From Deltaproteobacteria bacterium (GTDB lineage Bacteria > Myxococcota_A > UBA796 > SXON01), in NCBI GenBank assembly GCA_947486185.1, contig CANKTH010000003.1, positions 13,581 through 77,580 of the forward strand: a DNA stretch of 64,000 nucleotides, read 5' to 3'. Positions 10,163 through 19,250 of the stretch are shown here, one piece after another. The notes under the pieces were generated by a model. It ran no database searches, was not told the DNA's origin, and worked only from the letters and a program-made list of their open reading frames with translations. Position 1 is the first letter of the stretch. Each line of letters begins with the position of its first letter. A program made the translations under genes and the position numbers.

Positions 10163-11464
10163 GCCCAACGGCACACCGGCGCTACGAGGCTCCATCCGGT
10201 CCAACAGCACCGCCACCTGCATGTCGGCGAGCACGTTGACCCCCGAGCGCACGCGCGCGAGCACCCAGTCTACCGGCACAATCAACGGGATCACTACGGC
10301 GATCATCGCCTCGGGCACCCCCACCGCCGTGAGCACCAGCGGCAGGATCACGAGCCCGGCCTCCGGCACGCCGGCGATGCCCACCCCTGCGAGGATCGAC
10401 GCGGTGACGATGGTGACCTGGAAGGAAAAAGTGAGGTCGTAACCGAGGGCCTGGCACAAGAACATCGTCGCCATAGCCTCGTACAGCATGATGCCGTCGT
10501 TGTTGAAGTTCGTGCCGACACAGGCCGAGAGCCGCGCCGGGCCGTCCCTCACCCCGAGCCGGTTCAGGCAACGTAAGGTCACCGGCATCGTCGCCAACGA
10601 AGAATTACAGGACAACGCCGTGATAATCGCGTCGAGGCCCCCGCGCAGGAGCCGGAGCGGACGGATGCCGCCAAGCAGCCAGGCAGAGAGCGGATACCAG
10701 ACCAGCGAGTGAATGAGGAGCCCGGCGAGGATCACGCCGAAGAAGGACCAGAGCACCGAGAAAACACCGATCCCCGCCTTGCCCACCACATCCGCGATGA
10801 TGAGGAGCACCGCCAGCGGCATCCACCCCGCGACCCGCATCAGGATCGCGGCCGCCACGCGGGTCAACGCGGAGATCGCCGACTCCAACGGAGCAAAATC
10901 CGCGAATTCGGCGCGCACCTGCCGGAGCGCCAGCCCCGTGAGCACCGCCAGCAGCACCACAGAGATGACCAGGTTCCCAGAGAACGGACTGACCACATTC
11001 TCTGGAATGAACGCCGCAAAGTTCTTCAACGGGCTCAGGCTCACCCCCGCGGGTGGGCCGCTGGTTGCCGCCACCGCCACCAACCCGAGCTCATCGAGCC
11101 GGCCCGCCCAGCTATCCCCCGAACGAAGCGTGTTGAGCAGGGCCAACCCCACGATCATCGCCACCGACACGTTGAGCAGACACACCGCCGCGAGCCGGAG
11201 CCCCGCGCGCGCCTCGATCTCGGTCTTCAAGAAGGCATCGATGATCGCAAAGAAAATCAGGGGGGTGGCCAGCGCCTTCAAGAGCCGGATGACCAGCATT
11301 CCCAGGGGCCCGAGATCCGCGTTGGAGAGTCCAAAAAACCACGGTTCATGCCGAAAGACCACCCCGAGTAGCACCCCGGCGAGCACCCCGAGCACCACCC
11401 GGACGTAGAGCGGTACAGCCTGCACCCGCGCCCAGAGCTCAACCGGCCCCGCGCCGCCGCTCAC
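10148..11464 (-). CDS. Dicarboxylate/amino acid:cation symporter (DAACS, GltP/DctA family)
   Basis: Polytopic; ALSCNSSLATMP (HP1), GTNFNNDG, AGVGIAGVP (HP2), DWVLARVRSGVNVLAD. Confidence 0.9.
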   Translation of the reverse strand: MSGGAGPVELWARVQAVPLYVRVVLGVLAGVLLGVVFRHEPWFFGLSNADLGPLGMLVIRLLKALATPLIFFAIIDAFLKTEIEARAGLRLAAVCLLNVSVAMIVGLALLNTLRSGDSWAGRLDELGLVAVAATSGPPAGVSLSPLKNFAAFIPENVVSPFSGNLVISVVLLAVLTGLALRQVRAEFADFAPLESAISALTRVAAAILMRVAGWMPLAVLLIIADVVGKAGIGVFSVLWSFFGVILAGLLIHSLVWYPLSAWLLGGIRPLRLLRGGLDAIITALSCNSSLATMPVTLRCLNRLGVRDGPARLSACVGTNFNNDGIMLYEAMATMFLCQALGYDLTFSFQVTIVTASILAGVGIAGVPEAGLVILPLVLTAVGVPEAMIAVVIPLIVPVDWVLARVRSGVNVLADMQVAVLLDRMEPRSAGVPLGAGRD

Positions 11465-11474
11465 GGTGCCCCTC

Positions 11475-12911
11475 TCATCGTGCCCCCCGCGCCGACAGCA
11501 CCGCGGGAAGGGTACGTAAGAGGAGCTTGAAGTCGAGAAACAGGCTCCACTGGTCGATGTACATCAGGTCGAGCTTCATCCACGTGTCAAAGTCGATGTT
11601 GCTCCGGCCCGAGACCTGCCAGATACAGGTGATGCCCGGCCGCATCGACAGCCGCCGCATCTGCCACCGCTCGTACCGCGCGACCTCGGAAGGGATCGGG
11701 GGCCGTGGCCCGACGAGGCTCATATCTCCGGTCAGCACGTTCCAGAACTGGGGGAACTCGTCGAGGCTGGTCTTCCGGATCCAGCGTCCCACCCGCGTGA
11801 TCCGCGGATCTCGCGCGGCCTTGAAGGTCGGCCCGCCCGTCTCGTTGAGAGCAGCCACCTCGGCGGTACGTTTGTCGGCGTCCACCGACATCGAGCGGAA
11901 CTTGTGCATCCAGAAGGGACGGCCATAAAGTCCGCCTCGCACCTGACTGTAGAAGACCGGTCCACCATCGTCCAGCTTGATGAGGAGCGCGACCAGCCCC
12001 ATCACCGGCGCCGACACGATCAGCGCCAGCGCCGCGCCCACCACGTCCACCAGCCGCTTGAACAGGAGCGCGTCGGCGTCGGCCGGCGTGGTCGAGAAGG
12101 ACAACACCGTCCAATCTTCGAATGACTGGACCTGAGCATCGGAGATCGAGAGGTTGAGGAAGTTGGCGTCCATCGAGAAGGTCACGCCGACCTCCTCACA
12201 CGTGTTGGCCACAAATCGGAGCTGGTTGGTGTCCCACGCGCGGCCCGTCATGAACACCTGACCGATGTTGTGCCGGTGCAGGACCTCTGGGAGGCCCGAG
12301 AGTTTCCCCAGCACCGGCACGCCGCCCAACTGCGAAGGATTCTCGCCGTCTGGCACCACAGCCCCGATAATTCTAAGCCCCCAATCTGGGTTTCGCGCGA
12401 GACGATCCACCAGACCCTCGGCCTCGATCGCGCCGCCGACCACGAGGATGTTGACCGTGCCCCGGCCGTACCCGAAAGCGGCGCGCTGGGCGAGCAGCCG
12501 CGCCCACCAGAGCGCAAAGGTGACGTTTATCGCATAAAGACCCACCACGGAGCGCGACACCGAAGCGCTCGGGTGGAGCACGAAGACCGACGCGAGGAGG
12601 AGGCCCACCGCGAGCAACCCGGCGCGCGCGAGGCGCAACAGCAGCACATCGCTGCGAATCCGACGCTTGAGCTCATAGGTGCCGGAAAAATGCATCGCGC
12701 CGACCCAGGCCGGCACCACGAGCCGCGTCAAGAAAGCCTGGTTACCGAGGTTGACCTCCTGTAAGACGTTGGCGCTGGTAAACAGGTCGAAGGTCCAGAG
12801 CTCTCCCAAGCGCTCGCGGAGCCAGACCGTCGCGGGGAACACCGCCAGCACCACGACCAAGTCGAGGAGCCGGAGCGTCCATCGAAACGTGGCCTCCCTC
12901 AGTCTTACCAT
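11475..12911 (-). CDS. Polyprenyl glycosylphosphotransferase (WcaJ/WbaP-like priming sugar transferase)
   Basis: N-terminal TMs, Rossmann-like ILVVGG region, and C-terminal KRLVD, KFRSM, DPRITRVG, SLDEFPQFWNVL.GDMSLVGPRP, RPGIT. Confidence 0.93.
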   Translation of the reverse strand: MVRLREATFRWTLRLLDLVVVLAVFPATVWLRERLGELWTFDLFTSANVLQEVNLGNQAFLTRLVVPAWVGAMHFSGTYELKRRIRSDVLLLRLARAGLLAVGLLLASVFVLHPSASVSRSVVGLYAINVTFALWWARLLAQRAAFGYGRGTVNILVVGGAIEAEGLVDRLARNPDWGLRIIGAVVPDGENPSQLGGVPVLGKLSGLPEVLHRHNIGQVFMTGRAWDTNQLRFVANTCEEVGVTFSMDANFLNLSISDAQVQSFEDWTVLSFSTTPADADALLFKRLVDVVGAALALIVSAPVMGLVALLIKLDDGGPVFYSQVRGGLYGRPFWMHKFRSMSVDADKRTAEVAALNETGGPTFKAARDPRITRVGRWIRKTSLDEFPQFWNVLTGDMSLVGPRPPIPSEVARYERWQMRRLSMRPGITCIWQVSGRSNIDFDTWMKLDLMYIDQWSLFLDFKLLLRTLPAVLSARGAR

Positions 12912-13000
12912 CGGCGTCCCCTAACCACGTACACCCGACACGCCGTGGTGCGGCGCTCACAGTTCCCAGCACCCGAAGAATATTCAGGTTCAGACGGAGT

Positions 13001-14524
13001 TCAGCGCCTGGTCGCGTCGAGCGCGGCGGCCTCTGCGCGCACCCCGGCCGCTTCGGTCGTGCGGCCGAGCCGATCGAGGACGTCGGCCTTGAGCTCGAGG
13101 AGATGGCTACGGTAGACGGTGTTGGCGGAGCTCCGCCGGAGACCCTGTTCAACCAGCGCCAACGCCGCGTTGTTGTCACCCCGACCGGCCTCCAGACGGG
13201 CGGCGCGCCACGCCGCGTCCTGGGCCACGGCGCTCCGGCTGTCACCCAAAAGACCCTGGTACGCCGCCACGGCCTCATCCACCCGGCCGGCGCGCTCCGC
13301 CTCCTGGGCGACGGTATAGACCGCGGTGACGTCCGCGTAACGGGTATACCAACTGGAAGAATAGTCGGCCGGCGCGCCACTGCTGCTCGCCTTCGCCGGC
13401 GGGGGCGCCGACGCGGTGCTGGTCGGGGTGGGCGCGCTCATCACGGGGGCGGCGGCTGGGGCAGCTGCCGCTTGCGCCTCCCGCGCGCTCTTTTTCTGTT
13501 TGTTGCTGGTTCCCGTTGCCTCGGCGATCACCGAAGAGCCGTCTTCCAGGGTCTCCTCATCGGAGGCACGGGCCCCGTAACGGTCCGCCTTCTGTGCGGA
13601 CTCCTTCCCTTCACTGCGGCTTGTTGAGCTGCTCTTTGAGCTGCTCGTGGTGCTGGAGCGGCTCGCCGCTTGCGGGGGCGCCCCAGCGGCGCCCAGCGCC
13701 GCGTCATCCGCCTCCCCTACGTCCGCGCTGCGCGGTCCAGCGGGCGGCGGCGGCGCGGCCAGTGCTCCCGCGCTCGCACCGCGTGGGGCCGATGTCTCGT
13801 CGGCGCCGGGGGACTCCTCGGCTTTCGGGCTCGCGGTCGCGGCGGGCTTTTCGGAAGGCGCCACCACGATCTCGGCGGCTAGCGGGCGCGCTTCACTCAC
13901 CGTCGTCACCGGCGGCACCGGCGCGAGCGGCTCCAGCGCCGACGGTTGTCCCGCGGATATTCCGACATCCGCCGGGGCCTTCGCCGGGGCATCGCCGCCG
14001 ACGGGCTCGGCCCGGGAGTCCCCAACGGGGGCGGCGACCGTGCCGGTCACAGGATCCTCCAGCTCCGGGATCGTCGCGGGTGGGGCCGAAGTCGGGCTGG
14101 CGGTCACGAGCTCGGGAAGACCCTGCTGCGTGGACATCGAGAGCGGCAACACGAGCGCCATCGCCAGACCCGCCGCGAGGGCCGCGCCCACCACCGGACG
14201 ACGCCACCAGGGCACCGGACCGGCGCGTCCAGGCCGCTCTGGCACCGAAGCCGCCTCGTGCCCCACCGCGGCCACCCGCGCGCCCCCGCGGGGCCGAGGG
14301 GAACCTCCGCCGACGACCGGTGGCCCTTCCGGATCCATCGTGCCGAAGGGCCCGGTGGTCACCTCGGCGAACACCTCCTCGAGCCCTACCCGCGCCTTGG
14401 GGGCGAGATCCGGACGCAGAGAATAGACCGCGCCGCGCACCGCTGGGTCCAACCCTTCAGGCACGTCACTCCCCGGCTTGTCCAGCCATTCGGCGAGCAG
14501 CGCTGCGTCTTTCTCTTCGTTCAC
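13001..14524 (-). CDS. Putative anti-sigma factor (single TM, Pro/Ala-rich linker, C-terminal TPR-like domain)
   Basis: Directly downstream of an ECF sigma; TM PVVGAALAAGLAMALVLPL; long low-complexity region; helical TPR-like C-terminus (GRVDEAVAAYQGLL, GDNNAALALVEQGL). Confidence 0.6.
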   Translation of the reverse strand: MNEEKDAALLAEWLDKPGSDVPEGLDPAVRGAVYSLRPDLAPKARVGLEEVFAEVTTGPFGTMDPEGPPVVGGGSPRPRGGARVAAVGHEAASVPERPGRAGPVPWWRRPVVGAALAAGLAMALVLPLSMSTQQGLPELVTASPTSAPPATIPELEDPVTGTVAAPVGDSRAEPVGGDAPAKAPADVGISAGQPSALEPLAPVPPVTTVSEARPLAAEIVVAPSEKPAATASPKAEESPGADETSAPRGASAGALAAPPPPAGPRSADVGEADDAALGAAGAPPQAASRSSTTSSSKSSSTSRSEGKESAQKADRYGARASDEETLEDGSSVIAEATGTSNKQKKSAREAQAAAAPAAAPVMSAPTPTSTASAPPPAKASSSGAPADYSSSWYTRYADVTAVYTVAQEAERAGRVDEAVAAYQGLLGDSRSAVAQDAAWRAARLEAGRGDNNAALALVEQGLRRSSANTVYRSHLLELKADVLDRLGRTTEAAGVRAEAAALDATRR

Positions 14525-14542
14525 GGCAGATCCTTCAAACTC

Positions 14543-15151
14543 TCAGGGGTCCTCAACACTCTCGAGCGGATAACTCTTGCGGAAGGCCAGGCAGGCCCGG
14601 TGCAGGATGACGTCGAAGTTGCCTAGCGTCACACCGAGGTGAGCGGCGCAGTCTTCACGGCTACGATCTTCCAGGAGCCTCATTCGGAGGGCCTCGGCAT
14701 AACGGGGGTTGATCTTGGCGAGCGTCGCTTGGATGTCCGTCCGGGTCTGATCCCGGTCCAGATTCTCCGCGTCGGGGCTCTCTTCGAACACCGGCTCGGC
14801 TTTGACCGCGTCTTCCAGCTTCCGTGCCCGCCGGTGGGCCCGGAAGACATCGATGGTCCGGTTGATCGCGATTCGGCGAATCCAGAAGTAGATGCTCTTG
14901 TTCGACTCCGGCCGATAGGAGCGGATCCGCTCCAGTACCAGCCGGAAGGTGTCTCGCAGCACGTCCTCCGCCTGCTCCCGCTGGGGGAGCCGCGGCAGAA
15001 TCACCTCGCGGAAAAGGCAGTCCCCATACCAGTGGTAAAGGGTGCCAGCGGCCGCACGATCACCCGCCTGGAGACGTTCGACTACCGAACGTTCCTCCAA
15101 AAGCGGTGCAAGCTCGGCCTCTTCGGTCAGGGTGCCTCCTTGTTCACCCAC
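14543..15151 (-). CDS. ECF RNA polymerase sigma factor
   Basis: Region 2 AEDVLRDTF...WIRRIAINRTID; region 4 INPRYAEALRMR..SREDCAAHLGVTLGNFDVILHRA. Confidence 0.9.
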   Translation of the reverse strand: MGEQGGTLTEEAELAPLLEERSVVERLQAGDRAAAGTLYHWYGDCLFREVILPRLPQREQAEDVLRDTFRLVLERIRSYRPESNKSIYFWIRRIAINRTIDVFRAHRRARKLEDAVKAEPVFEESPDAENLDRDQTRTDIQATLAKINPRYAEALRMRLLEDRSREDCAAHLGVTLGNFDVILHRACLAFRKSYPLESVEDP

Positions 15152-15253
15152 GCCGACAACGTAGGATGCGGCACGGGCTTACACCCCGGGCTCCGCCGCG
15201 GCCGTCGAGAGGGAGTGTCGCGCGAGGCAGTATCGGGTGTTGGCACCCTCATC

Positions 15254-16324
15254 TCAATGAACCTCACCATCCTGCACCCGGATCTGGCGGAGGTCCAGCC
15301 CCGCCGGAAGATACCGGGTGTCGGTGGTGGTCAAGAAGACCTGTGCACCCAGGGTTCCCAACAACGTGACCAGCTTCTGGCTCCGCTCGGGGTCGAGCTC
15401 GCTGCCCAGGTCATCGAGCAGGAACATCGGCGTCTCCCCGCCACGACGTGCCGCTTCGAGCTCGGCGAGCTTCCACGCGAGCACCATCGAGCGCACCTGG
15501 CCCTGCGACGCGAACTGGCGCGCCGGCCGCCCCGCGAGCCCGAAGTCGAGATCGTCCCGGTGTGGGCCGATCAGCGGGCGACCAAGCTCCCATTCGCGCT
15601 CCCGGGCGTCATCCAGCCGCGCCGTGAACCGCGCCGCGAGCCCTTCGGCGGGACCCAGAAAAGAACGATACCGCACCGTCACCGGCTCGTCCGCGCCGGC
15701 CTCCTTATAGAAACGATGGAACAACGAGGACATATCGGCCGCCACCCGCTCCCGGGCCGCCACCACCTTGACCCCGACCTCGACGAGACGGCTGTCCACC
15801 ACGTCGAGGTGGTGCGCCGCGCTGCGCCCCGAACGTAATAGCGCCGATTTCTGCTGGAGCAACCTACGTAGCTCCTGCACCGGGCCGAGATATGCGGGCT
15901 CGACCGTCAGCACCGCCCGATCGAGCAACGCCCGCCGCAACGCCGGTTCGCCCCGGAGCAGCAGGGTGTCCGACGGTACAAAGTGGGTCGCCCTCAACGA
16001 CGCGATCCAGCTCGGTGGGTCGGCGCCCTTGCCGTCGCGCTGGAGCTTCCTCACACCATCCTCAAAGGACCAACGCCAGGTCCTCAGCATCTCGCCGGAC
16101 GCGCCTACCCCCTCGACGATGCCCCCCGTCCGACCCCAGGCCACCATCTCCGCGGGCCGGGTGGTCCGAAAGCTCCGTAAGGTACCCAGCACACCCACCG
16201 CTTCCAGCAGGTTGGTCTTGCCCTGACCATTGGGCCCGACAAAGGCCACGATCGGTGCGTCCACCTCCACCACCGCGGGGCGAAGGTTCCGAAAGCCCTG
16301 GGTCCCGATGCGCTGGAGCCTCAG
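15254..16324 (-). CDS. recF: DNA replication/repair protein RecF (start extended to CTG 16324)
   Basis: GPNGQGKTNLLEA, SFRT, GEPALRR.LLD, GPHRDDL, ASQGQ, LLDDLGSELD, QVFLTTT; the in-frame upstream sequence reads (M)RLQRIGTQGFRNL, the typical RecF N-terminus. Confidence 0.93.
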   Translation of the reverse strand: MRLQRIGTQGFRNLRPAVVEVDAPIVAFVGPNGQGKTNLLEAVGVLGTLRSFRTTRPAEMVAWGRTGGIVEGVGASGEMLRTWRWSFEDGVRKLQRDGKGADPPSWIASLRATHFVPSDTLLLRGEPALRRALLDRAVLTVEPAYLGPVQELRRLLQQKSALLRSGRSAAHHLDVVDSRLVEVGVKVVAARERVAADMSSLFHRFYKEAGADEPVTVRYRSFLGPAEGLAARFTARLDDAREREWELGRPLIGPHRDDLDFGLAGRPARQFASQGQVRSMVLAWKLAELEAARRGGETPMFLLDDLGSELDPERSQKLVTLLGTLGAQVFLTTTDTRYLPAGLDLRQIRVQDGEVH

Positions 16325-17433
16325 TCGAGCCTCACCGGCATCACCACGAACAGTGCGTCGGCCACGTCGGGATCACGCAGGATGCACGGGGACAAGGTGT
16401 CACCCATCTCGATCGCCACCTTCGAGCCCGAGAGCACCGAGAGCACCTCCTGGACAAAACGCGCGTTCAAGCCCACAGAGAGGGGCTCGCCCGAAAAGTC
16501 CGCCGGCAACTCCTCCCGCGCATCACCCGCGTCGAGCTTCCGCGCGGTCAGTACGAGCTCATCGGCACCGAACGCGAAGCGGACGGAGTGGCTCCCGTCG
16601 GTGGCGAAGATGTTCGCCCGCTTGAGACCCTCGAGAAAGGTCTCCCGGTCGAGCACGGCGCGCCGCTTGAAGGAGGTGGGCAGGACGGCGCGATAGTCAG
16701 GGAACTGGGCCTCCATCAGGCGCATCTGCACCAAGAAGGAGGGGCAGCGAACCACCGCCGAACGCTCGCCAAAACCGACGGTGACGTCGGTCTCCAGGCC
16801 GTCGAGGAAGCGACGGAGTTCGGCCAGGGGCTTCCTTGGCATGAGCATCTTCGACCGGATCCCGAGATCTCCCGAAAAGGGTCGTTGTGACCACGAGAGA
16901 CGATTCCCGTCGGTGCCGACCATCCGGAGCTTGGGCGGATCCTCCGCGACCGCTTCGAGGTGCGCTCCGCCGAGGCCATAACGGTTGTCGTCCGGCGCCA
17001 CCGAGAACAGCGTTTGATCGATGAGCGCGCGCAGATCGGCGGCGGCGATCGTCAGGCTGCGGTCCGCGTCGAAGCTCGGGAGGGGGGGGAAATCCGCGGC
17101 GGGGAAGCCGTTGAGCTTGTAGGAGGAGCGGCCACAACGTACGTCGATCCGCTGGTTCTGGGCCAGCTTGACCGAGACCACCTCGTTGGGCAACACCCGC
17201 GCGACCTGGAAGAAGTTGACCGCGTCAACCGCCACCTCTCCCGGGGTGGCGACGTTCGCGGCGAAATCACCGACGAAGGTCATCGCCTTGTCGCTCGCGG
17301 TGACCCGCACCCCGTCGGCGCCCGCTTGGAGGAGCACGGAGGCCAGAATAGGCGTGGTACTCCGCTTTTCGACGATGCCTTGAGCGTGAGTGAGGGCACG
17401 CTTCAGGTCATCGCGGTGGATCAGGAACTCCAT
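16321..17433 (-). CDS. dnaN: DNA polymerase III beta sliding clamp
   Basis: TPILASVLL, GTDGNRLS, FPDYRAVLP, GLNARF, C-terminal VVMPVRL; lies between dnaA and recF. Confidence 0.97.
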   Translation of the reverse strand: MEFLIHRDDLKRALTHAQGIVEKRSTTPILASVLLQAGADGVRVTASDKAMTFVGDFAANVATPGEVAVDAVNFFQVARVLPNEVVSVKLAQNQRIDVRCGRSSYKLNGFPAADFPPLPSFDADRSLTIAAADLRALIDQTLFSVAPDDNRYGLGGAHLEAVAEDPPKLRMVGTDGNRLSWSQRPFSGDLGIRSKMLMPRKPLAELRRFLDGLETDVTVGFGERSAVVRCPSFLVQMRLMEAQFPDYRAVLPTSFKRRAVLDRETFLEGLKRANIFATDGSHSVRFAFGADELVLTARKLDAGDAREELPADFSGEPLSVGLNARFVQEVLSVLSGSKVAIEMGDTLSPCILRDPDVADALFVVMPVRLD

Positions 17434-17712
17434 GGACGCTCTCGTTTCAGGATCAGGGGCTTAACCGTAGGTAGAGATCCCTGATGATGATGATGGGGGT
17501 GCACCCCAATTGTGGAAAACTCAAATTCGGTAGGTTTCTGATGGCTCATGCCCGGGGACAACCCTGGGCAGAGCGTTGGACAACTGGGAGGTTGTCCAGA
17601 GGGCCACCCACAGCCGGCGGACTTGTCCACCACCGAAGGCGGTTGTGCCTAACACGCTCCCCAACGCTCCCCAGATTATCCACAGGCTTGTCCATAAGGA
17701 TCGGCGTGGGGC
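17434..17712. other. Chromosomal replication origin (oriC) in the dnaA-dnaN intergenic region
   Basis: Perfect DnaA box TTATCCACA at 17676-17684; TGTGGAAAA at 17511-17519; variants TTGTCCAGA 17592, TTGTCCACC 17623, TTGTCCATA 17688, reverse GTTGGACAA 17575 and CGGGGACAA 17553; (GAT)4 trio-like run at 17483-17494 near dnaN. Confidence 0.85.
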
Positions 17713-19026
17713 TCAGGCCCGACACGCACGCTCGAGGAGATCGAGCTCAGCGCGGGCGTTGGGGTTGGTGTGGACCTGCTCTTCCATCTTCTTGCAGGCG
17801 TACTGCACGGTGGAGTTGTCCCGCCCGAACTCGCGACCGATTTCGGGGAAGGACAAGCCCGTGATGCGCCGGGTGAGGTACATCGCGACCTGGCGCGGGT
17901 AGGCGATGTTGGCGGGGCGGCGATTCCCGCGGATGTCGCTCGGGCGTATGTGAAAATGTTCAGCGACACGGCTGATGATCAGCTCAGGGCCGGGCGGTGG
18001 GGCGGCTGGCGGGATCAGGTCGACGAGCCGCTCCTGGACGAACGGCAGCGTGAGCGGACGGCCATAGAATGCCTTGAGCGCCGATAAACGGTTGAGCACG
18101 CCCTCCAGCTCCCGTACCGAGGTGCGCACCTGCTGGGCGACCGCCCACTGTACGTCGGAGGGCAGGTCGAGGCGTAAGGCTTCGGCTTTTGTAGCGAGGA
18201 TCGCCATCATCGTCTCGACGTCGGGCGGCTGCACATCGACCAGGAGTCCGCCTTCGAAACGGCTCCGGAGCCGGGGCTCCAGCTTCCCGATGCTCGCGGG
18301 CGGCTCATCGGCGGTGAGCACGATCGCCTTTCCTTCGGCGCGCATGATCTCGAAGAGGTAAAAGAGCTCCTCCTCAGTACGATCTCGCCCGGCGAGGAAC
18401 TGCACGTCGTCGAGGAGGAGCACGTCCACTTCGGTGCGGAAGCGCTCCCGAAATTCGGCGATCGACCGGGTCTGAAGCGCGCGCACCATCGCGTCGAAAA
18501 AGTGCTGAGCCGGGTAATAGACAACGTTGAACTTGTGCGAGACACAGTTGCCGATCGCGTGCATCAGGTGGGTCTTGCCGAGCCCAGTGCCGCCGTAGAT
18601 GAACAGCGGGTTGTGGGCGAGGCCAGGTGCGTCGGTGACGCCGAGCGCGGCGGCGTGGGCGAACTCGTTGCACTTTCCGACGACGAAGTTGTCGAAGGTC
18701 ATGCTCCGATCGAGGCCGCTGTGTGCACGACGCGCTGGCGCTGGCGCGGGCTCCTGTACGCTCGCAGCCCCGTCCCACGTGAGCTCGAGCTCTACCGCCG
18801 GCCCGAGCACCTCCCGCCACGCCGCGAGGATGTCCCGATAGAGATTATCGTGGATCCAATCGTGATAATACTTGCTCTCCGCGCGTAGACGCACGGTACG
18901 GTGACCCACCTGATCGGCGCGCAGCGCGGACCGGATCCAGATCTCCATGTTCTGATCGCCGATACGGCGCTCCAACGCCACGAGGAACTCCGTCCACGCG
19001 TTCTCGCGCCCGCCACCGCCTTCCAC
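17713..19026 (-). CDS. dnaA: Chromosomal replication initiator DnaA
   Basis: TFDNFVVG..N..A, NPLFIYGGTGLGKTHL, LLLDDVQFL, RLRSRFEGGL, VRELEG, RQVAMYL, SFPEIGREFGRD. Confidence 0.96.
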   Translation of the reverse strand: MEGGGGRENAWTEFLVALERRIGDQNMEIWIRSALRADQVGHRTVRLRAESKYYHDWIHDNLYRDILAAWREVLGPAVELELTWDGAASVQEPAPAPARRAHSGLDRSMTFDNFVVGKCNEFAHAAALGVTDAPGLAHNPLFIYGGTGLGKTHLMHAIGNCVSHKFNVVYYPAQHFFDAMVRALQTRSIAEFRERFRTEVDVLLLDDVQFLAGRDRTEEELFYLFEIMRAEGKAIVLTADEPPASIGKLEPRLRSRFEGGLLVDVQPPDVETMMAILATKAEALRLDLPSDVQWAVAQQVRTSVRELEGVLNRLSALKAFYGRPLTLPFVQERLVDLIPPAAPPPGPELIISRVAEHFHIRPSDIRGNRRPANIAYPRQVAMYLTRRITGLSFPEIGREFGRDNSTVQYACKKMEEQVHTNPNARAELDLLERACRA

Positions 19027-19250
19027 CGCGTCCCCCGGCGTCGGGCTTCTCGCCAGCCCACGCGACCGCTACCTACCCCGGCCGGGGGCCCGGCTCAAGC
19101 GTCGGATCGCAGCTTCGTGGCATTTGGTTTTTTTGACTTGCTACGCCTGATCATCTGAACCACCGGACCACCCAGACCCCGGCTGTATACCTGGTGTGTC
19201 AACCGTGTCGGACACCGGACACCAAGTTGCAGAAGCGGTTAGCCGGCGCC

